Assembly: GCA_963664395.2 (NCBI GenBank)
Contig: OY761159.2
Coordinates: 1,024,001 to 1,088,000 of the forward strand
Direction: 5' to 3'
Length of the DNA stretch: 64,000 nucleotides
Source: Candidatus Binatia bacterium
GTDB taxonomy: Bacteria; Desulfobacterota; Binatia; Bin18
Part shown: piece by piece, positions 50,243 to 59,447 of the stretch
Layout of the letters: every line of letters starts with the position of its first letter
Numbering within the stretch: the first letter of the stretch is position 1
Position numbers and translations under genes: made by a program
The notes under the pieces: model-generated
Database searches by the model: none
Told to the model about the DNA's origin: nothing
The model's input: only the letters and a program-made list of their open reading frames with translations

Positions 50243-51250
50243 ATGCGTCTAGGCCTTACCCTGACAGGCGACCAGCTGACAATGGAAGATATCGTACGTT
50301 TTGCCTGTCAGGCTGAGGGGGCAGGGTTTGATTCGGTGTGGGTGACCGAGGCCTGGCGTGAGGCTTTCGTTCCCCTCACTGCTATCGCCATGCAGACAGA
50401 ACGGGTACGCATTGGCACGGCCATCGCCCTGACTATGGCGCGCAGTCCCGTTCTTATGGAGCTCGCGGCAGCGGCTGTGGATGAAATTGCCAAGGGCCGC
50501 CTTGTTCTTGGCATTGGCCCTGGCCCCAAGGCGTGGAACGAAGACTGGCACGGAGTACGGTTCTACCCCCCGGCCGCGTATGTCCGCGAGTACGCAGAAA
50601 TACTGCGCCTGATGTGGACGGCTCACTCTGGAAAGAGCATAGACTACCAGGGCAAGTATATTCAGATTCGTAAGTATCAACGCTTTTACCGCCCCTACCG
50701 AGATCAGATCCCCATCTACTTTGGGGCGGTCATGCCCAAATTCCTGCGGGTCACCGGAGCTGTGGCTGACGGCCTGTGTGTTGCCGCCTGTAATACTCCA
50801 CGCTACATCGCCGATGTCGCGCGCCGCTATGTTGCCGAGGGGATGCAAGAAAGCCAGCGAGAGGCGGACACAGTGGGCTGCATGAGTTTGGTCATCTGTG
50901 CCGTTGATAAGGATAGGGAAAAAGCCAGACACAGAACAAAGCAACAGATTGCCTTTTACACCACCTTTCCCTACTACGATATTGTGCTGGATCAGCACGA
51001 TCTCGCCGAGGAAAAAACGCGGATTCGTGAGGCCTGGGCGCGGAATGACACCGCAGGGATGGTTGCCGGTGTCAGCGAGCAGATGGTGGACCTCATCTCT
51101 ATTGCCGGCACGCCACAGGAATGTCGGCAGGCCCTCTCCCGCTACGATGACGTGGTCGATGAGGTGTCTCTCTATTCGCCCAGTTTTGGGCTCAGCCGTG
51201 AGGAGATTCTCACAAATCACGAGGCTATCCTGGCAGCCTTTGGTCGCTAA
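50243..51250 (+). CDS. LLM-class flavin/F420-dependent oxidoreductase
   Basis: AE.AGFDSVW..E, IGT.IA...RSP, GRL.LG.G, G.VADG. Confidence 0.85.
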   Translation: MRLGLTLTGDQLTMEDIVRFACQAEGAGFDSVWVTEAWREAFVPLTAIAMQTERVRIGTAIALTMARSPVLMELAAAAVDEIAKGRLVLGIGPGPKAWNEDWHGVRFYPPAAYVREYAEILRLMWTAHSGKSIDYQGKYIQIRKYQRFYRPYRDQIPIYFGAVMPKFLRVTGAVADGLCVAACNTPRYIADVARRYVAEGMQESQREADTVGCMSLVICAVDKDREKARHRTKQQIAFYTTFPYYDIVLDQHDLAEEKTRIREAWARNDTAGMVAGVSEQMVDLISIAGTPQECRQALSRYDDVVDEVSLYSPSFGLSREEILTNHEAILAAFGR

Positions 51251-51302
51251 ACAGGAAAGCCGGCAATAGGGCTGTCAAGGGGCCGCCGTACGCTTCCTCT
51301 CA

Positions 51303-51854
51303 TCACCCGCCGGTCTTCATCTTGAACCGAAAGTCGCAGTAATTGGCGCCCTTCATGATCGTTTGCGTCCGGGTCATTGTGATTCCAGGACCTCCCACCG
51401 CTTCGATATCCACGTCCATCTCACACGTCAGCAGCGCTCCGAGCTCCGGTTCTCCCAACTGCCGGAAGAAATCCGCGTAGCGGCAGCTGGTGATATTGAA
51501 CTCCCAGGCGTCTGGCGCCTGCTTGAGCTCCTCAAGGTCCACGTCACGGCCGACCTGTTTAAAGAGGGCCTCATTAATGGTGTCCCATTTCTGCCGAGGA
51601 CTGCCGGGGAGCTGATCCCCAATGTCCAGGAAGAGCTTTCCCGACCACTCCCGGAGTGCCTGGCTGGCAATCTGGTTCGCTCGCGCCTCCCCCAACTCAG
51701 CCCGAAAGGCTCGGAGCACCGGCACAAGCACCTGAGCTTGAATCTTGACCTTTTCAAGCAGGGAGAGACCGGTTTTGCCAAACGCCGGCGCAAAAATATC
51801 CGGAGCAGCGTCCTCTTGCTGCGCGTTCGCTTTCAGATCATTGGTACTCGCCAT
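51303..51854 (-). CDS. L-2-amino-thiazoline-4-carboxylic acid hydrolase family protein
   Basis: FNIT.CRYA.FF..LG.PELG..L.C..D, RTQTIM.GA.YCDFR. Confidence 0.8.
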   Translation of the reverse strand: MASTNDLKANAQQEDAAPDIFAPAFGKTGLSLLEKVKIQAQVLVPVLRAFRAELGEARANQIASQALREWSGKLFLDIGDQLPGSPRQKWDTINEALFKQVGRDVDLEELKQAPDAWEFNITSCRYADFFRQLGEPELGALLTCEMDVDIEAVGGPGITMTRTQTIMKGANYCDFRFKMKTGG

Positions 51855-52036
51855 GGCATTCCTCCTGTCTTAATGGGTTGCCCTACGGGCAGCCTGGTTA
51901 TGGCAGTACCAGAGCAAACTCTGAGGTGGCGTGTCAACGAGCAGAACGCAATGAGTTCTCCGCAGCTCTTGACGCAATTGATTTGCACAATCGATTTGAA
52001 AGATGCAGAAGGGCTGTGAGCGAGGGAGTGCCCCGC

Positions 52037-55000
52037 TCACTCCACATCCGTAATCACAAAATTCTGACTATTCTGTTGCCATTCCAGCGTGACCATCTCG
52101 CCCAGCATGGGAAAGTCCTCCACCACACATTCCCCCTCGGCGCCCCGCAGGAATTCGTGTCCCACGGTCGTGACCCACACCGTGGCCCGGCCTAACTCGA
52201 TGTCATCCACCCACGCTACCACCGGATGCTCGCCATCGCCCAACAGATTCCAGTTGAACAACAACCCAAACCCATTATCCACGTCTCCACACGCCCTCAG
52301 CGTGTCCCGCCGCTCCGTCCCATACCCCGCCTCCTGCCGCCCGAGGTGCCCAATCTCGATCTCCACCCGCTCCGCTGTACACACCCAGCCCGACAGCACC
52401 CCCACCCCACTCTGAAACGAGTTTACTCCCGGATTCTCCAGATACCCCGTCACGGTGGCAGACCTACCCCGAGTGGCCCCCACTAGGGGCCTCCCGCCCG
52501 CAATCACAAAGTTCTGCGTGTTCTGCTGCCACACCAATGTCACCGTCTCGCCCATCCTCGGGAAGTTCTCTACCTCACAGGTCCCGGCCACGTTCCGCAG
52601 AAACTCTACCCCCAGGGTCGTGACGGTGACGGTGGCACGGCTGAGTTCGACGTCATCCACGAGCGCCACGACTTCATGCTCCCCATCCTCCAACAGGTTC
52701 CAGTTGAATAACAATCCAAAGCCGTTATCGGTGTCGTCGCAGACGCCGGCGGTGTCCCGTCGCTCGGTGCCATAGGCCGCGACTTGCGGCGTGAAGGCAC
52801 CAATTTCGATCTCGACCCGGTTCGCCTCACATACCCAGCCCGAGAGCACCCCCACACCACTTTGGAAGGAATCGGCGCCCGGATTCTCCAGGTAGCCCAC
52901 CAGTAAACGCGTCTCCAACGCATAGTCCCCGGTCCGACTGCCATTCCCCTCCACGGCCACCACGACCGGCCCCGCCGCCACTCGGGTGCTCAGCCGAAAG
53001 TTCTGCCGCTCCCCGCCAGTATCCGCGCTCGCTAGTTCCTCGCCGTCCTGCCAGATTGTCCCCACGGTATCGGTCGAGCCAGTCGTCTCGACCACTAACA
53101 CCCCGGCCTGCGGCAGGCTGAATTGGAAATAATCGATATCGTCCGCCGTGTTGATCTGCCCGGCGGTCAAGGACGCCCAGGGGGTGATGCTGCCCAGCCG
53201 GACGCGGGTCGCTTGGGCGGGGGTATTGCCATGCAGGTCCCGGCGATCCTCCCCGCCACCGCCTGGTGGCGGTGGTGGCGGTGGCCTTCTTGCGGTCACC
53301 GTGACCGAGAAGGTCCGCGTCGTGGTCAGGCGGCCGGGATCGGTCGCCCGCACCGTCACCATGACCGTGAGACTCGGTCCCGCCGGTGCCAGCGTCAGCT
53401 GCGACCCGGCCAACGTCACCGCCGGGTCGGCGGGGCGCAACTGCATCGTGTAGGTCAGTGTATCGTCGTCGTTCGGATCGTCGAAGACATTATTCAGATC
53501 GATCGTCACCGGGTCGGCGCCCGACTCGAATGTCCGATCGGTCAGCGCGCTCGGCATCGTCACGGTCGGCGCTCGGTTGCGGTCTGCCACGGCGACGGCC
53601 ACCGTATTCACTGCGCCGGGTGCCATCACGATACCGGCGCCGGAATCACGATCAACGCCTGTCTCCTCAATGTCCAGGACCGCGGTCCCGGACGTCATTG
53701 CCGTGCGCAGTTCGGCCGGCGTGACCTTGGCCGGGCCGCCGGCCGCTTCCAGCATCAAGGCCGCAATCGCCGCCGCGTGCGGCGCCGCCGCCGAGGTACC
53801 CCTGAACGTCGAAAACCTGGGCGTCGAGGTCGAGACGTCGTCGGCCGCGGCCAGGTCCGGCTTCTTCAGCACCGCCGTGTTCGGCGTACCATCGGCTTCA
53901 AAGAACATCTGCCGCGGCCCGTCCGAGCTGAACGTCTCGACCGACTCCGTGCCGTTGAAGGCACGGTCCAAGCCGGCCGCGCTGACCGCCGCCACCCCCA
54001 CCGCATCCTGCGAGGCCGGATGGCCGAAGGTCTGACCGACCGTCGTGATCGCCAACCCGCCTCGCGCGTAGTTGAGACGCAGATAGCGATCCGCCGCACC
54101 CGCGTTCTTGACAATGACGAGGCGAGTCCCGACGCGATCGTTGGCGCACGAACCGCTGATGAACTCGATGGGGTCCTGGTTGCCGTCCTGTGTGTTCGTC
54201 GAGCTGGCAAGGACGTTGTTATCCGCATCAATGAGAAACAGGTCGTAGTCGTTGGCCGATTTTCCCCACGGGTCGGTCCACTGCAAGACGATGGGGAGGA
54301 AGCTGTCCTTCACGATTGCATTCCGGGTCACGTCATTGTCGGGGTCGAGGTCGAAGTCGTGGTAGACGGCACCCGTGGGGACGCCGTTCAGGATCAGCTC
54401 CGGCCCGGCGACGAAGTCGCCCTCCCAGACGCCGGACGTGCTGTCGTTCAGGTTGCCGCCGTTGCCGGCCGCCGAGAAGTAGTAGCAGCCGTCGGCAACC
54501 ACGCTGCTGACCGCCTGGGCGATGACGCCGTCCTGGAAGGCCGGTGCCAGCAGATACCCGATGTCGTCGACGATAACGTTGGCGCCGGCCGCGCAGAGAT
54601 CCTCGATGTTCTGCGCCATCTGCGCCGCCCCGTTGATGCCGGTCGCGAAAAACAACTCGGCGCCCGGCGCAAGATCGTGCACGATCTCTAACATGGCCGT
54701 CCCCTCGGTTCCCTTGCTCCTCCGGTTGCAGGACAACGAAATCGCACCGCCCGCCTGCCCGGGCAGGACCGTGACCCCGGCCGGCACCTCGCCCGTCGCC
54801 TGCTGCGCGGCGAGCGCATCCACGCCATCCGAGAGCACCCCGACGCTGATGCCCGTGCCGTCCACACCGTGCGTACTGCGCGCCACGTTCGCCTGGTGGG
54901 CGACATCGCCCTCCCTAAGGGGAGTGTTATTGCTTACCGCCACCATTGCCTGAGCAACAGCTGAGCGCTCCAGCACCTGGTGCGTGATGGGCTGGTCGGC

Positions 55001-55477
55001 GGGCCGAATGGACTGGACGGCCTCAAGCGTGGCGAGCGGCTCCAGAGCGGAGAACGGCAGCTGCGCCCGGATGGCCCGGTATTTCGGCACGCTGCTCAGC
55101 ACCGTGCCGCCCAAATCCTGGATGCGCGCCAGCACTGCGGGCGTCACGTCCGCCCGGATGTCTACCGTGACCACCGCGTCCTCGACATCCGTGGTCGGGG
55201 CCTGCTTGTCCTTGACGCCGGCGCCCGGTGCCTGCCGGCGCGCGACGCCCTCCGACGGCTGGGCACTCCCTGTCGCGTCCAGGAGTTGGGAACTCAGCTT
55301 CCGTTGGGCCGGCGTCCGCTGCGCTTTGGCCTCCAGGATGGACGCAATCGACTGGCTGGCCGGCTGGGCACGGCTGAGATCGGCCCACACCAGGACCGCG
55401 CCGACCGCTACCACTGCCCCGAGGAGCCCCATACCACGGGCTCCTGCCCTGAGTCCTGTCATATCTGGTCGCTTCAT
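52037..55477 (-). CDS. Secreted subtilase-fold (S8/S53-like) serine protease with PPC-like domain and duplicated C-terminal module
   Basis: Signal peptide, propeptide, DGTG..VGVLSDG, EGTAMLEIVHDLAPGA, SAAGN, GTSAAAPH, cadherin/Ig-like domain, poly-Pro/Gly linker, D.HGN, two GYLENP repeats. Confidence 0.85.
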   Translation of the reverse strand: MKRPDMTGLRAGARGMGLLGAVVAVGAVLVWADLSRAQPASQSIASILEAKAQRTPAQRKLSSQLLDATGSAQPSEGVARRQAPGAGVKDKQAPTTDVEDAVVTVDIRADVTPAVLARIQDLGGTVLSSVPKYRAIRAQLPFSALEPLATLEAVQSIRPADQPITHQVLERSAVAQAMVAVSNNTPLREGDVAHQANVARSTHGVDGTGISVGVLSDGVDALAAQQATGEVPAGVTVLPGQAGGAISLSCNRRSKGTEGTAMLEIVHDLAPGAELFFATGINGAAQMAQNIEDLCAAGANVIVDDIGYLLAPAFQDGVIAQAVSSVVADGCYYFSAAGNGGNLNDSTSGVWEGDFVAGPELILNGVPTGAVYHDFDLDPDNDVTRNAIVKDSFLPIVLQWTDPWGKSANDYDLFLIDADNNVLASSTNTQDGNQDPIEFISGSCANDRVGTRLVIVKNAGAADRYLRLNYARGGLAITTVGQTFGHPASQDAVGVAAVSAAGLDRAFNGTESVETFSSDGPRQMFFEADGTPNTAVLKKPDLAAADDVSTSTPRFSTFRGTSAAAPHAAAIAALMLEAAGGPAKVTPAELRTAMTSGTAVLDIEETGVDRDSGAGIVMAPGAVNTVAVAVADRNRAPTVTMPSALTDRTFESGADPVTIDLNNVFDDPNDDDTLTYTMQLRPADPAVTLAGSQLTLAPAGPSLTVMVTVRATDPGRLTTTRTFSVTVTARRPPPPPPPGGGGEDRRDLHGNTPAQATRVRLGSITPWASLTAGQINTADDIDYFQFSLPQAGVLVVETTGSTDTVGTIWQDGEELASADTGGERQNFRLSTRVAAGPVVVAVEGNGSRTGDYALETRLLVGYLENPGADSFQSGVGVLSGWVCEANRVEIEIGAFTPQVAAYGTERRDTAGVCDDTDNGFGLLFNWNLLEDGEHEVVALVDDVELSRATVTVTTLGVEFLRNVAGTCEVENFPRMGETVTLVWQQNTQNFVIAGGRPLVGATRGRSATVTGYLENPGVNSFQSGVGVLSGWVCTAERVEIEIGHLGRQEAGYGTERRDTLRACGDVDNGFGLLFNWNLLGDGEHPVVAWVDDIELGRATVWVTTVGHEFLRGAEGECVVEDFPMLGEMVTLEWQQNSQNFVITDVE

Positions 55478-55560
55478 CCCCGCTCCACGCCTTGGAACAT
55501 ATCTCTGACTTCTCTCCAAGGCGAGACAACGGGAGAAACACGAGCGGCACGCCGGCGCGC

Positions 55561-56091
55561 TCAGTCTGTTGGGCACGAACCGCGCGTCTGCGCCTCGTCG
55601 GCGGGACGGATCGACTGAACCGCGTCGAGCGTGGCGAGCGATTCCAGGGCGGAGAGGGGCAGCCGGGCCCGGATGGCCCGGTATTGCGGGACGCTGTTCA
55701 GCACTGTGCCGCCCAAATCCCGGATGCGGGCCAGTACCGCCGGCGTCACCTCGGCCCGGATGTCGACTTTTACCCATTCGTCCGCAGCTGGCTGACCCCG
55801 CCCTGTCCGCCACGCGTCGAGCAGGTGCGAACTCAGCTTCCGCTGCGCCGCCGTCCGCTGGGCCTTCTGGATAAGCAGCGCCTCGATCTGACGCTCGGTC
55901 GTCTGCGGCAGTGTGCCTCCAGGCTGCGCTGGCGCTGACTGCGCGCGAACGGGGCCGACCCACAGCAGGGGCACGCCTACCGCCCCCAGTAGCCCCCAGG
56001 TCAGTCTGACCCATGTCCTGCGTGTTTGGGCTATTTTTCCATCCTCAATGAGAAAGTCGATACTCTCCAACAGGGAAGGCTTTGAACTCAT
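55561..56091 (-). CDS. Free-standing secreted copy of the protease propeptide
   Basis: Signal-peptide-like segment, then KAQRT.AQRKLSS.LLDA...VDIRA.VTPAVLARI.DLGGTVL.SVP.YRAIRA.LP.SALE.LATL.AVQSIRPAD, near-identical to the downstream prodomain. Confidence 0.7.
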   Translation of the reverse strand: MSSKPSLLESIDFLIEDGKIAQTRRTWVRLTWGLLGAVGVPLLWVGPVRAQSAPAQPGGTLPQTTERQIEALLIQKAQRTAAQRKLSSHLLDAWRTGRGQPAADEWVKVDIRAEVTPAVLARIRDLGGTVLNSVPQYRAIRARLPLSALESLATLDAVQSIRPADEAQTRGSCPTD

Positions 56092-56128
56092 CCGGATGAA
56101 TGTAGCGTCCTCCTGCCGGCTACCGTCC

Positions 56129-59100
56129 TTACTCCACTGCGGTGATGATAAAATTCTGACTGGTCTGCTGCCACTCTAATAGCACACTCTGCCCCAGGCG
56201 GGGGAAGTCCTCTACCACACACTCCCCCTCAGCTCCCCGTAGGAATTCGTATCCCAGGGTGGTCACTCGCACCGTGGCCCGGCCCAGTTCGACGTTATCC
56301 ACGTAGGCGATAACCGTATGCTCTCCATCCCTCAGCCGGTTCCAGTTGAATAACAACCCAAAGCCGTTGTCCGTGTCCCCACACATTTCCTCGGTGTCCG
56401 CCCGCTCCGTCCCATAGCCAGCCGCAAGCCGTTCCGTCTCGCCACTCTCGGTCCCGATTTCGATCTCCACCGCCTCCGCTTCGCATACCCAGCCCGAGAG
56501 CACGCCAATGCCACTCTGAAAGGAGTTGGGGCCCGGATTCTCCAGGTATCCTACGTCTGCCGCCCCGGCCCGGTTCTCCCCGCTCGGCGCCGCTCCGCTC
56601 GCGATCACAAAGTTCTGCTTGCTCTCCTGCCATACCAGCGTCACCGTCTCGCCCAGACTCGGGAAGTCCTCCACCTCACACTCGCCCGCGACCCCCCGCA
56701 CAAACTCCTGCCCCAGGGTTGTCACCGTGACCGTCGCCCGGTCCAGTTCGACATCATCGACCAAGGCCACAACCGTATGGGGCCCGTCGCTCAGCCGACT
56801 CCAGTTAAACAACAGCCCAAAGCCGTTGTTGGTGTCCCCACAATCTCCTTGCGTGTCCGCCCGGTCCGTCCCATAGGCCGCTACGTGGTGCTCGGTGTCA
56901 TCAATCACAAGCTCCACCGTCTCCGCTTCACACACCCAGCCCGAGAGCACCCCCACACCACTTTGGAACGAGTCCGGGCCGGGATTCTCCAGATACCCCG
57001 GCACAAAGGTGACGACTAACTCGTAAGCGCCGGTCGCTCCCCCCTGTCCCTGCACAGCCACGACGACTGTTCCGGCCTGCACGGGGGCGCCAAGCCGGAC
57101 GGCCTGCCGACTGCCCGTGGGGCCGGTCGCCACGACCGCCCCGTCTTGCCAGATCGTACCCCTGAGATTCACTCCGCCGGTGGTGTCCACAAAGACCAAC
57201 CCTCGGCCTGGGGCAGTGACGGTAAAATAATCCCGGTCTGCGGCTAGACAGATGGCTCCGGAAGTCATTGTGTCCAGGGCAATGTCAGTGGCCTGTGCAG
57301 CGCTGTTGCCGTGCACGTCCTCTGCACAGGCGGGACCGCCCCCTCTACCACCGCCCGGTCCTGGTGGCGGTGGCGGCGGTGGCGGTGGCGGCAGGGGACG
57401 AGTCAACTCCGCAATCGTCACGACCGTAGTAGCGGGGTCACCCACCTCCATCCTGGCCGGCAGCGGGCTGCCGAACCCGAATTCTGCCAACTCGCCGGCG
57501 TCATCTGCTACAGCGTCGTCATGGACCGTGACGGTAAAGGTCTTCTCAAGCGGCTCGTCGCGCGAGAAGATCACGACGGGTACCTGCGTATAGCCATCTT
57601 CATACGGGACCACCACATAGCCGTCCGGGACCACCGCATAGTCGTCATACGTTATGCCGTCTCGGTTCGTTGCCGTCAGCAGAATCTTCACCCCGCGTTC
57701 CGGGTCCTTGTCCAGCTTCACGGTGACCGTCGCCGTCCTGCCCTCGTAGCGAACGGCGCCGAAGGACACGACGACACTTGGTGGCCTCACCAACCGGTCG
57801 GTAATATCCGGCGCGTTGTTACCGACCAAGTCCCGGACGGGCGTCGCCGCCATTCCGTCCGGCGCCGTGTAACTCAACCTGACCCCGTCGCTCGCTTCGA
57901 CCGGAGTGAGGAGTGTCAACGTGACCGTACTGTCGGCTATCGAAACGTCTGTGACCTCGACCGCCACACCCTCGACAGTCACCGCAAACGCATCGGATGC
58001 CGGTACCGAACTCTCATCCAGCATTTCGTCATAGCGCACCGTCAGCGTCGCGCCGTTGACTAGAAGAAAATCATCGTTGCCAAAATCCAAATATGGCTGG
58101 ACTCCATCCACCTTGTGGGCCTCAGTGTCCGTCAGTGCATCGAGAATCAGCAGCGCATCATGGTTGTCGCTGTCGCGGATGGTTCCGTCGTGCAGGTGCA
58201 GCGCGTCGGCGGCGATGCTCAACCCGTCGGGGGCTTCGTCCCCGACCGGCGGAACGTCGTACCCGAGGAAGCGCAGGATACCCGCAGTGAAGCGGTCGAC
58301 GCCCTCGGCTACGGCATATCTGAACACCAGGGCCGTCGTCCCCGACCCAGTCACGTATGGCGCGACTCGCTCATAGGGGCCACTGCTGTCGAACGTGAGC
58401 AAGAGGTGCGGTGTGCCCGTGACCGTTACGCTCTCGCTGAACGTCACCCTGAGCTCGATCACCTCCCCGGCGGCGTAGGTTTGTCGGGCTGCGGGCGTCG
58501 AGTTGATCTCCAGGCTGCTCACATACGGAGCGGAGGTCGTCACTGCGTGGTCGATCAACGCCGCTACGATATTGCCCGCCTTGTCCCGGATGGGACGAGT
58601 TCCCACGGTATAACTCAACATCACCTGATAACTCAACGTCACCCAGTCGGTTGGCGCCACCGCCGAAGCGAGGGTGAGCGTGACGGCACGGTCGCTTATC
58701 GAGACGGCGCTCACATCACGCCTCACGTTGTTCACCATCACCGTATAGGCGCTGGCTGGCGTCTGCGAATATTTCCAGAGCGTTTCGCTGTAGGTCAGCA
58801 CGAGGTGGGCGCCGTGCACCGCCGCCGCCCAGAGGACCGGCGTGATGCCGTCAACCCTTTTATCATACAGATCCTCATGCGCCTCGTGCGCCAGGTCTGC
58901 GTCGATGTCGGTATTGTTCTTTTTAATGCTGCCGCCGTTCAACTTGAGCGCGTTGGCGTCAATCGTAGTCTCGGGGGCTTCGTCGGTGTCCGCGACGGTG
59001 TAGCGGAAAACCAGGTCCGTCGAGGGCGGGCCGCTTTGATAGTCGGCTTGGCGGGTCATGGAACCGAGGGTCAGGGCGATTTGCGGCGTGCCGGTGACGG

Positions 59101-59329
59101 CCACCTCCTCGCTGAACGTCACGGTCACTTCGATGATGTCGTCAAGTTTATAACCATATAACCCGTCCGTGAACGCGACATTCTCGACCCTCGGCATGTC
59201 TGTCTGGCCCTCGACGGCGGGCGGGGACAGCACCGCCAGCAGCATAAATGTGACGGCGGCAAGGGACCGGTGTGAGTAACGGCACAGTGACATTATTCCG
59301 ACCACTTCGTCATCGAAGGACAGCCTCAT
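56129..59329 (-). CDS. Large exported adhesin-like protein (alternating Ig-like and SwmB-like repeats) with duplicated C-terminal module
   Basis: Signal peptide; 2x IE..VTFSE.V.VTGTP...L.FRY.V; 2x V.G..L...Y.E.L...VTLTL...LSY...RD..GN; poly-Pro; D.HGN; two GYLENP repeats. Confidence 0.8.
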   Translation of the reverse strand: MRLSFDDEVVGIMSLCRYSHRSLAAVTFMLLAVLSPPAVEGQTDMPRVENVAFTDGLYGYKLDDIIEVTVTFSEEVAVTGTPQIALTLGSMTRQADYQSGPPSTDLVFRYTVADTDEAPETTIDANALKLNGGSIKKNNTDIDADLAHEAHEDLYDKRVDGITPVLWAAAVHGAHLVLTYSETLWKYSQTPASAYTVMVNNVRRDVSAVSISDRAVTLTLASAVAPTDWVTLSYQVMLSYTVGTRPIRDKAGNIVAALIDHAVTTSAPYVSSLEINSTPAARQTYAAGEVIELRVTFSESVTVTGTPHLLLTFDSSGPYERVAPYVTGSGTTALVFRYAVAEGVDRFTAGILRFLGYDVPPVGDEAPDGLSIAADALHLHDGTIRDSDNHDALLILDALTDTEAHKVDGVQPYLDFGNDDFLLVNGATLTVRYDEMLDESSVPASDAFAVTVEGVAVEVTDVSIADSTVTLTLLTPVEASDGVRLSYTAPDGMAATPVRDLVGNNAPDITDRLVRPPSVVVSFGAVRYEGRTATVTVKLDKDPERGVKILLTATNRDGITYDDYAVVPDGYVVVPYEDGYTQVPVVIFSRDEPLEKTFTVTVHDDAVADDAGELAEFGFGSPLPARMEVGDPATTVVTIAELTRPLPPPPPPPPPPGPGGGRGGGPACAEDVHGNSAAQATDIALDTMTSGAICLAADRDYFTVTAPGRGLVFVDTTGGVNLRGTIWQDGAVVATGPTGSRQAVRLGAPVQAGTVVVAVQGQGGATGAYELVVTFVPGYLENPGPDSFQSGVGVLSGWVCEAETVELVIDDTEHHVAAYGTDRADTQGDCGDTNNGFGLLFNWSRLSDGPHTVVALVDDVELDRATVTVTTLGQEFVRGVAGECEVEDFPSLGETVTLVWQESKQNFVIASGAAPSGENRAGAADVGYLENPGPNSFQSGIGVLSGWVCEAEAVEIEIGTESGETERLAAGYGTERADTEEMCGDTDNGFGLLFNWNRLRDGEHTVIAYVDNVELGRATVRVTTLGYEFLRGAEGECVVEDFPRLGQSVLLEWQQTSQNFIITAVE

Positions 59330-59406
59330 AGACCACCTCCTCCTGTACCGGCAATCATACGCGTCGTTTCCCTGGCTGATGCGTACTGTAAGTATATGTC
59401 GCAGGG

Positions 59407-59439
59407 CCTGTCCTGAGCGTGTCGCAGGGCCGGGGTGAG
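59407..59439. repeat. REP-like hybrid element
   Basis: CCTGTCCTGAGCGTGTCGCAGGGCCGGGGTGAG, matching 42271-42302. Confidence 0.55.
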
Positions 59440-59447
59440 CAGGTCCT

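Noticed and set aside
53123-54691. Long antisense ORFs (also 31307-32644, 50249-51220, 60936-62093, 26704-27753)
   Set aside because: Shadow ORFs opposite well-supported genes, expected at high GC3, with no recognisable motifs.
55478-56014. 179-aa N-terminal extension of the 1325-aa protease ORF
   Set aside because: It is an alternative-frame read over the real propeptide-only gene. The protease has its own signal peptide from ATG 55477.
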